A DNA stretch of 64,000 nucleotides from Tetramitus jugosus (taxonomy: Eukaryota; Protista; Heterolobosea), in contig OW569387.1 in NCBI GenBank assembly GCA_937625935.1, forward strand, positions 62,001-126,000, given 5' to 3'. The position numbers and the translations under genes were made by a program. Position 1 is the first letter of the stretch. Each line of letters opens with the position of its first letter. The notes below the pieces were generated by a model, which did no database searches, was not told the DNA's origin, and was given only the letters and a program-made list of their open reading frames with translations. Shown one piece after another: positions 57,401-64,000 of the stretch.

Positions 57401-58118
57401 TGTCCAACGAACACACGACAGCCATCAAGAACAAGACTTGTGACTTTGTAGGTATGTGTTCCGTGTCCATGACGAGTGCCAAATTCTTGAGTGCATCTTT
57501 CTCTTCCAAGAATGCCTCCAGTCCATAATCCGTGTTCAATATGGCTCTCAAACAGTTGACACAATCGTTTTGAACAGCGTGGTCCACAGCGTCCTTTGAC
57601 GATGTTTTTATGAGATTGGTCGAAGCCAAGATTTGTGAAATGGTTTTGATGCCGTCATAGTTGACAAATGTTTGAACCCAGGTCACTGGCTTAGTTTTGA
57701 GTGAGATGAGCACGTCTTGCAGAGTCTTCTTGTCGAATCCTTCATTGAGTCGTGAGATTAGCTCAGGTACACCGTGATCCATGTCGTTGGCAGCCCTTGA
57801 TGCGTCTTCATAGTTTTTTGCGAGACGAAACTTGTTTTCGAGAGAGTAGTTGGCATATGTTTCTCTGACTTCATTGTTAGCTCCAATGCTGTCCAGCATG
57901 CGCTCAAATCTCTCTTCAATTTCGTCCGCTGGTGGCATCGTAAACGACGATTGCGCGTGCGACGGGTTGGAGGAAAAGGCGGACATTTGTGTCGGGGAGG
58001 ATAAATGTTTTTTGGAGGAGGAAAGTTTGAGCCATTTTTTTTGTTCTTTGCGTTTGGCTTCTTCCTCCTTCTTCTTTTGCTTTTCGAGCTTTTGTTCTTC
58101 CTTGCTCAATTTTGCCAT
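54414..58118 (-). CDS. Diaphanous-related formin (GBD/FH3, coiled coil, FH1, FH2, DAD-like tail)
   Basis: FERMLD, SLKTKPVTWV..F, poly-Pro FH1, FH2 motifs LLDAKRAH.ISLQ, GNFLN, GFKLQSL.KL.DTKS. Confidence 0.95.
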   Translation of the reverse strand: MAKLSKEEQKLEKQKKKEEEAKRKEQKKWLKLSSSKKHLSSPTQMSAFSSNPSHAQSSFTMPPADEIEERFERMLDSIGANNEVRETYANYSLENKFRLAKNYEDASRAANDMDHGVPELISRLNEGFDKKTLQDVLISLKTKPVTWVQTFVNYDGIKTISQILASTNLIKTSSKDAVDHAVQNDCVNCLRAILNTDYGLEAFLEEKDALKNLALVMDTEHIPTKSQVLFLMAVVCSLDSDEGFMLAIDAMNHYKLVKRERLRFSDLVQSLRAVKDDDYRSNALMLINAFMTSCPDEGTRSIIHQQFSSLGLLQIIRDMKNLPKLDEDLITQLNILEEEMNEQSINDSVVDENVDMTDPLDITKYVMTKLGGHVELNNFLRILNQLVMLTNKPDSEHLWRVIENLIDSVLNGKGNDQMNELKLRDRVLTQQSMISDMEETIDKLNREMVNQRQASIDTHKQHIIEIDNLKRVVLDKDELMELLEKKLKGIQSESETIEEMNKTLEVVNKKLQDKYKKASSDLKKVKKDLDDVRKNGGVSVPSSPSVDASPVTSSNTPTTPTAADDSERVLTLQKEVKSVKDRMNEVEAAKTKLEQQVKLLETDKAKLSKEIEELKSKAATAATSSAPSSAPPAPTAVAPPPPPPPMMGGGPPPPPPPMMGGGPPPMMGGGPPPPPPPPMMMGGGPPPPPPPMMMGGPPPPPGMMGGPPPPPGMMGGPPPPPGMMGGPPPPPGMMGGPPPPPMMGGGPPPPPGMGGPPGPPMMGMMGMGMGMMGGGLPPLPQKAPKGPTRNIHFDAINKQAVNKSIFITANIAKQTNEIINDIDLEFVEQMFTTKKAVVASSAVDAAPPKKEKITLLDAKRAHTISLQIGSIRGFTYEQLKKAIHSMDETTINDGNILTLEQIVPTDEEIQLVHEYEGDDELQEPDIFFQTMFGMNGLVERLQTWSFKLKFNSLVSNITPDIQSVIMACKEMKKSAKFHKFLAVVLTMGNFLNGQNKRKIQHGFKLQSLAKLNDTKSADGKTSLLQFIATFIAEKYPDVNTFHEDMMSCKPASRVLVGSLQDDIKNCKEGLNNIKLHIAKRTKDVIPDDRYVEVMQPFYDKGMEQMVKVDEWMDEMVKILKETAGLFDVPETDMLKEPDKFFLEVDSFIQLYVQADQKNKQIQEMEEKKKKAEEAKVKKEQLRLEKEKALLEKAADTKKKVSDDSGGRGVLDRKAKDLKSGALLRQNKLKRQGIE
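55800..56205 (-). repeat. Coding tandem repeat (~30-nt unit, GGPPPPPGMM) of the formin FH1 domain
   Basis: Repeated ccacc/cccatcat units. Confidence 0.9.
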
Positions 58119-58911
58119 TCTTATTACTTGTTATTACTTGGTGGTATTATAGTTATAGTTGTTGTATTTTACTAATATATTGATGGATGGTGGAATATAT
58201 AGAGAGAGAGTGAAGAGGAGGGGTGGTGATGGGGAAGCAACTTGATGTTGTTGTTGTTCGTTGTTTGTTGTGGCTGTTTTGTTTTGCGACAACACGAGTG
58301 TCTTTGTGCTATTGGAGAATCAATCCGGTTTCGGTGATTGGTGACAAGTGACGTTTATGTTGAACGCTCAAAGTTTGTTCTTTCGGGTGTTCCAAGGAAA
58401 AAATAGGGCAAGATGACGCTGTGTGGAATTGGCGCCAAAAAAGAATTACAAGGCGATGGCATGAGTTGAGTGACAACCTGTCCTTCAGTTTCAAGAACAT
58501 CTGATTGAATATTGAGAAAGTAAGCAAATAATGTCAGATAAACTTTATGAACTCCAAGGAGTGGCTGCATTGAGGTCTTGAGGTTCACAATGAGCCTAGA
58601 TGGAGAGGTTAGACCTAGATTAAACTATGATGTTAAAGGGCAGATGTTGGGCGAAGAATAGCTCGTCCGGCATGCTCGACGGCAAGATCATCTCTCAGTC
58701 CGAGTAACAGGTATGATTTCTCATTCCTTCTCCGAGTTTTTAAGTATTTTCGGTTTTCAAGTACTTCATCGAAATTCTAGAAATTGAAAATCACAACGAT
58801 TAAAACGCAAGAAACAGCACCAATAACACCACAACGCACAAACAACCACCAATGATAACTCATGAGGCGCCACAACGCGCGACAAATTGCGATTTCTCTG
58901 AGAAATATCAA

Positions 58912-58982
58912 TCGGGCATGGTATAGGGGTAGCATTCCAGACTGTCACTCTGGCGACCCGGGTTAGATTCCCGGTGCTCGAG
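58912..58982 (+). tRNA. tRNA-Asp(GTC), second copy with T-loop C56A substitution (possible pseudogene)
   Basis: Identical to 42230-42300 except GGTTAGA for GGTTCGA at 58965; downstream TTTT. Confidence 0.85.
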
Positions 58983-59102
58983 ACCTTTTGTGAAAGCATT
59001 CTCTAGTGTGTTTTTTAGTGTTTTCCTTTGCTTGTGGTTTTTGAGTATTTTCCGCTCCGCCCTTTTCGCTCAGTTGTGCCAAGTTAAAATTCAAGTGAAC
59101 GA

Positions 59103-61373
59103 ATGGTATCCACAAGGTCATCATCCACCAATGATCAATCTCTGACCAGTGGGCCTCAGAAGAATGACAACAAGAATCATACTCGACAATCAAAGAGATC
59201 CATCAACAAAATCACTCCCAGTGAGAGCTCCCACTCCAACCACAGCTCTCGTGTCAAACGTTCAAAAAGCTCTCACTCAAATTCAACTACTGATCCACAA
59301 TCATCATCATTATTGAAAAAATCAAAAAAAGCGGACAATGACAACAAGGAAGAAACAACAGATCCAATCACAACGTTCACAAAAACACCAAGTTATTTTC
59401 GTGGTTATGTCGACACATTTTTCGAATGGTCACCTGACTCTACACTGATCAAACGAATTTTACCAAAATCGTCCTTGTCACGAAAACGTCGACGACAATT
59501 ACAATTACTCCATGGTGATGATGCATCATCATTATCATCAACTTGTGAGCAGACAACAACAAGTGCACGTCAAAGCTCTGTTGTAACAATAGCTCCAATA
59601 GCTACTACTACTAGTACAACAAGAGAAAGAAACAATGCTATTCCAAGCTATGCCATCTCTGATTCGAGAGCTTGGTGGAAACAAGTTCATTTGGGAGGAA
59701 CGAACGCAAAGAACATGCAGGATGCTCGTGCGTACAATTGGGATTTTTTGCACTTGTGCGAAGTGTTTGGTTATGGAAATGATCCGTTGAGTATTCAACA
59801 AAAGAATGTATTTATTTTTGGAATGATTGAGAATGAACGAGTGAAGATTAAGGGTGTTTTGAGATGTGTTCCTGCGTTTGTTGTAGTGGTAACAGATTTG
59901 GAAGAACCGTCGATTGTGGTCAAACATGCAAATTCAAAGAATGGTGCGACTGTGGAGGAGCATTTCGAGCTAAGAAAGGAAAAGTTGGAGTGGAAACAGA
60001 TGAATCGTGTCAATGGAGCAAACAAAATTTGTATCTTGTACAGTAATCAACGAAGATTGAAATCGAACGAGTTGGAGAGTGAGAGTGCGAGTCCATTGTT
60101 CCTGCGGCCGAGTGAGTTATTGGAAGAGACGACCGTGCATTTGAATTTCAATGAAATCAATATGACTTTTGATCGAGTGAAGGATAAGGTGGATCAGTGG
60201 ACGAAACAACAAGCAAAGTTGCACAAATTGAAAAAGAGTGATTTGAAGGCTCTTGTGGACAGTGTGAAGGAGAAGATTCATTCTATTGATCATCGTCAAA
60301 AGTTGCGCAAAATTCTGATTGATGCTATGTCTGAAGATCAGAGGCGGTCTGCAGATAATGCACGGTATTACAAGTTTTATCCTCGAATGGAGCAAGAGTT
60401 AGAAGAAGGTGCAGAGGATGTCAAGTCGTTTCCTCGTACCACTAATATTACAGGCCTAGGCAAAGCTCATCAAATTTTCGACAATATGAACTGGGAGCCC
60501 ATTGATGCTCTCTTTTGTCGTCAATCTCGATTCAACACGAGAGTAGTTGTTCTGAATACGCAATTGGATAATGAGACAGTATGGCGTGAATTGCAGTTTG
60601 GGTACAAGCAATATGTCCAAGGACGAATACGGTTGAAGAAGAATTTGGATTTGGATCATTCTGGTCGTTGTGGATACATTGATTCAATGGCTACTGCTGG
60701 TATGGCCTTCCTAAAAGCATTCAAGAGTCCTAGTGCCAAGAAGGTGTTTCCAAAGTCGTCTCACGCTCGGTTGTTATTTGCTGGGCTAGGTGTCGGTGCT
60801 CTACCCAATATCTTTATACGACTGTTCCCTCATGTGATAATTGATGTAGTAGAAATTGACCCAGTTGTGGCAGAAGCAGCTGAAGAGCTCTTTGGTTTCG
60901 ACACTGAGAAAGCAAACTTATTTATTGAAGACATTAATGACTTCTTGGTGAACAGTGTGGATCAAAACACAAAGTATGATGCCATCTTCATGGATGTGGC
61001 CGATGAGAATGGACTGCCAAAGGAGTTAGTAACACCACAATTCCTCGAGAAGCTTTCATCGATTATGACTCCTCAATCTGCAATGATCACCAATGTATTT
61101 CTTCATCGGAAACGCGACTTCCACAGTGTCTTGCACATATTTGAGGAGTCGTTCCAATCTGTTCACTGGCTTGCATGCAGCGAATGTGTGAACAATCACA
61201 TTGTCGTGTCTTACAACGCGGAGGCCATACCTGAGGATGACGTCATTACGAAGAACCTGAATGTTTCCGAAGATTTCGATTACAATTACTGGGATGTGCT
61301 AGACTATGGCATCAAGAAAGGTAAGCTTGCCTCAATTGAGGATGAAGAGGATCAATCGGAATCAGCAAACTAG
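59103..61373 (+). CDS. HIT4-like domain + spermidine synthase-like/METTL13-C-type methyltransferase fusion
   Basis: HIT4-like: GGT...YNWDF...VFIFG..E...VPAFVVV...MSE...RYYKFYP...GKAHQIF. MTase: AGLGVGAL, VVEIDPVV..A...FG, YDAIFMDV. Confidence 0.8.
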   Translation: MVSTRSSSTNDQSLTSGPQKNDNKNHTRQSKRSINKITPSESSHSNHSSRVKRSKSSHSNSTTDPQSSSLLKKSKKADNDNKEETTDPITTFTKTPSYFRGYVDTFFEWSPDSTLIKRILPKSSLSRKRRRQLQLLHGDDASSLSSTCEQTTTSARQSSVVTIAPIATTTSTTRERNNAIPSYAISDSRAWWKQVHLGGTNAKNMQDARAYNWDFLHLCEVFGYGNDPLSIQQKNVFIFGMIENERVKIKGVLRCVPAFVVVVTDLEEPSIVVKHANSKNGATVEEHFELRKEKLEWKQMNRVNGANKICILYSNQRRLKSNELESESASPLFLRPSELLEETTVHLNFNEINMTFDRVKDKVDQWTKQQAKLHKLKKSDLKALVDSVKEKIHSIDHRQKLRKILIDAMSEDQRRSADNARYYKFYPRMEQELEEGAEDVKSFPRTTNITGLGKAHQIFDNMNWEPIDALFCRQSRFNTRVVVLNTQLDNETVWRELQFGYKQYVQGRIRLKKNLDLDHSGRCGYIDSMATAGMAFLKAFKSPSAKKVFPKSSHARLLFAGLGVGALPNIFIRLFPHVIIDVVEIDPVVAEAAEELFGFDTEKANLFIEDINDFLVNSVDQNTKYDAIFMDVADENGLPKELVTPQFLEKLSSIMTPQSAMITNVFLHRKRDFHSVLHIFEESFQSVHWLACSECVNNHIVVSYNAEAIPEDDVITKNLNVSEDFDYNYWDVLDYGIKKGKLASIEDEEDQSESAN

Positions 61374-61752
61374 AATGCCTGGTCATCACATGACTCAATA
61401 AACCTGCTGACAGGCTCAAATGAGGATCATTGACAAGAAATTTGGTGAAATTATCGGAACGACATTCACATGTGCTGATCCACAATCCTTCAAGTGTAGT
61501 TGCAAACAGTCAAGCTGTCACCAGACATTTTCTCGCCACGCCCCAAAAAAAGCGCGAAGACCGGGGTATTCAGTGACAGTAGACGCCTGCAACCACCACA
61601 AAAGTCATCGTTGCACCAAATCCCCAAAAATCATGAAGACGAAAGAAAAAAAACTGGGTGCAGAACATCTCAAAGAACAACAATTCCCCAACAACGAAAC
61701 GAAGCCAATTTTACCATTCGGTTTTTTTCACAGTCAACATAAAAAACACATA

Positions 61753-62763
61753 ATGGATGATATTGTTCGTCAAATGAAATCAATCGCCAAAACACTAGGA
61801 ACGATACGAGACAATACTCTGTCGGTCAGCACAACACTAGGCTCAGCAAACGATTCTTCCATATCATCAGCTCACCGGTCACCAAACACAACTCCCCAGT
61901 TTCTAGACGATGTCAAAGGTCTCTTTGCACCACCATTGCCCACAGAGACCAATTTGAGCCCAATTCGGAGTAGCTTGAAGCTTCCCGCAACGGCTCTCCA
62001 AGCGCTAAAAAATCAAGGGTCCCCCCGAATGACCAACGGTCGACCAAGCTCAGAACGACTACGATCCTCCAGCAACGGAAGTAGTAGTTCCACGACTGGA
62101 GAAGACGGAGATTATAGCTATCAGGACTCTGTTGTATTTAAAGAAGCTCTGCACCAGCAGGAAAAAATTCATTTGGATCAGTGTTTATTACCGTATCATG
62201 TGTTGAAGAACGTGTGGCGCGGAACAGTGAACACTACGATCGCAAAGCTCACAAAAACGGAGCGCTTGCCTGCAGGCGACTATTTTTTCCATTTTTTCAA
62301 TAGAGACATGAGAACTTCGATACGGTTGTATGCTTGCTGTACGGTTTCTGCGCTCAATGACAGTACAAACAAGAAGCAATTGTGGCAAGTGGAGGGCAAG
62401 CACGTAAGAGTGTTGCCTCAAACGAGCTACACTTGGACCTTTTCCAGTCAAATTGATTTTTCATTGGCGATGTCGCTTCATTTGGTCGGAAAATTTATCA
62501 AGGCTGCTCAATTCGAGTTCAACATTTACAAGGAAAGTTGTCGGCGGCGGACGATATCAAATGGCGCCAAAGGCACCATACGAGAAGTGGTGGATTTGAA
62601 TCCGAATACTCCTTCTTCTGCGGTAGATCTGCATGAGGATGACGAATCGTTGTATGAGGACACGGATTCAAGTCCGACACAGAAAAGTGAGGATGAAGTG
62701 CTATTGAGTCGTCACGGTTCTACTTCTACGAGTCGAAGCTATCGAAAAAAGAAGGAGAGCTAA
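61753..62763 (+). CDS. Hypothetical protein (Ser-rich N-terminal half, globular C-terminal half); start uncertain
   Basis: Long ORF from 61420; the ATG at 61753 follows an A/C-rich leader. Confidence 0.65.
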   Translation: MDDIVRQMKSIAKTLGTIRDNTLSVSTTLGSANDSSISSAHRSPNTTPQFLDDVKGLFAPPLPTETNLSPIRSSLKLPATALQALKNQGSPRMTNGRPSSERLRSSSNGSSSSTTGEDGDYSYQDSVVFKEALHQQEKIHLDQCLLPYHVLKNVWRGTVNTTIAKLTKTERLPAGDYFFHFFNRDMRTSIRLYACCTVSALNDSTNKKQLWQVEGKHVRVLPQTSYTWTFSSQIDFSLAMSLHLVGKFIKAAQFEFNIYKESCRRRTISNGAKGTIREVVDLNPNTPSSAVDLHEDDESLYEDTDSSPTQKSEDEVLLSRHGSTSTSRSYRKKKES

Positions 62764-63085
62764 AATATTATTTACAAAAAACATTGTAAATATTTGGCAG
62801 TTGTCAGACCAACTTACGAATCACATTTTTTGTGCCGAGCTAAAAAAAGTTCCGGCTCTTGTTCGGAGTTCTTGCTTCCTGAGGAACTGTCTCAAATAGA
62901 ATTCTGTTCCACAAAGTGATATTTTCTCCAGGTATGATCCATACTTTGTTGATCCAGAGGTTTGGTTTATGATCCAGGTGCGCCAACAGAAACACAAGAA
63001 CTTGATCCAGTAAGGTGAACCACCATTTCATAAAAAGCTTAAGCCCGGTATTAAAGAATAAACACCATAAATTCAAAAATTCAAA

Positions 63086-63650
63086 ATGCAGTTGAAACCA
63101 TTGGATTCATATGATAAAAAGGCCACCAAGACCTTCCGACAAGTGTTTGATATGTTTGATTTCAATGGAGATGGAACGATCGATGCTCACGAACTGGGAA
63201 AAGTCATGAAGGGTATTGGTGTCTATCCATCAGAGACAGAGTTACAAGATCTGATGCAGGAGTTCGATATTGATGGAAATGGAAGCATAGATTTTTTGGA
63301 ATTTGTAAATTTAATGACGAGTTGCAATGAATACAACAAGACAGCTCAAATACGAGAAGCAGAAGCGGAAGATTTGAGTGCCGAAGAAGAAATTAAAGCA
63401 GCTTTCAAAGTGTTTGACATTGACGGCAATGGTTTTATATCACAGGAAGAATTGAAAATAACATTGGATAATCTGGGAGAGCATTTGTCTGATCGGGAGT
63501 TGAGAGCAATGATGAGACAAGCAGACTTGAACAATGACGGTCAAATCGACTACAACGAATTTGCAAAGGTAAGATCAAATTTAAACTTGTGTTCCTAGTG
63601 TATTGAGTTAACGTCCCTCTTTTGTCTTTCAGATGATGTATCAGCGCTAG
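63086..63650 (+). CDS. Calmodulin-like four-EF-hand protein, intron 63569-63632
   Basis: EF loops DFNGDGTID, DIDGNGSID, DIDGNGFIS, DLNNDGQID; GTAAGA...CAG intron gives a FAK-MMYQR* end. Confidence 0.92.
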
Positions 63651-63690
63651 ATTTCGGTTTCAGAGAATTTAAAATAAACTTCGTAAGATT

Positions 63691-64000
63691 TCATTCTATA
63701 GGTTCTTTATTGAACATTTTGTAGTATCTTTTTCGAGGGGTCTTGAACCACTTCTTTTGTCTGAGTTCGAGAAATTGCTCTCCGGTCAACATTGGATGCT
63801 TCATTGAATTCTTAAATGAATGAAGTATCTTGCTTGAACCCATGTGTCTTATCCTACTCAGGAAGACAGGAAGGTTGTTAGATTGTTGAATTGGTCGATC
63901 TTCGATGGTGGAAGTCAGCAGAATTGTTGGACGATCATTCTGGTTCGTGCTAAATTGGTTGTTGGTTATTGGACTGCTTGGAGTTCTTGGTCGATCGTTC
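63691..64000 (-). CDS. 3' end of a hypothetical protein running off the window
   Basis: Open frame from the window edge (NDRPRTPSSP...KWFKTPRKRYYKMFNKEPIE) to TGA at 63691-63693. Confidence 0.6.
   Translation of the reverse strand, partial: NDRPRTPSSPITNNQFSTNQNDRPTILLTSTIEDRPIQQSNNLPVFLSRIRHMGSSKILHSFKNSMKHPMLTGEQFLELRQKKWFKTPRKRYYKMFNKEPIE

Noticed and set aside
58440-58745. Possible Pol III ncRNA (RNase P/MRP/SRP) between a GGCGCC motif and a T-run
   Set aside because: No conserved P4/CR-I/CR-V or SRP helix 8 motifs found; the minus strand looks more like a decayed coding fragment
1-64000. CRISPR arrays, intact transposase/RT genes, prokaryotic operons, genome-wide alternative genetic code
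   Set aside because: None seen; spliceosomal introns are present and TAA, TAG and TGA all terminate conserved proteins at expected positions

Overview
Gene-dense eukaryotic nuclear DNA (about 40% GC, standard code) from a protist. It has short intergenic spacers, sparse short GT-AG introns (mostly GTATGT donors, CTAAC/CTGAC branch sites) and an expanded receptor-cyclase family, which fits a Naegleria-like heterolobosean (inference). About 35 protein genes are supported: an SCP-type CTD phosphatase, TMEM41, a PI-PLC, a large two-TM protein, two ZIP transporters, three paralogous Cache-type receptor cyclases, an Rnl1-type RNA ligase, a DEDDh exonuclease, NmrA, START, MFS, F-box/LRR, NHL and GPCR-like proteins, a sirtuin, two methyltransferases, MCC-alpha, an EEP protein, an AAA-like protein, a formin and a calmodulin-like protein. 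There are also two tRNA-Asp(GTC) genes, a 5S rRNA gene and decayed regions. The most notable items are three unusual fusions: a probably mitochondrial TPR-lipoyl domain-sirtuin, a HIT4 domain-methyltransferase, and an LYR motif-methyltransferase placed head-to-head with MCC-alpha. Also notable are a single in-frame TAA in a ~1,560-codon gene, cyclases lacking both metal-binding Asp residues, a His-less ZIP with a splice-dependent Cys/His tail, and a recurrent non-coding TTGGCGCCAAAA motif. All domain calls come from motif recognition by eye; no searches were run.
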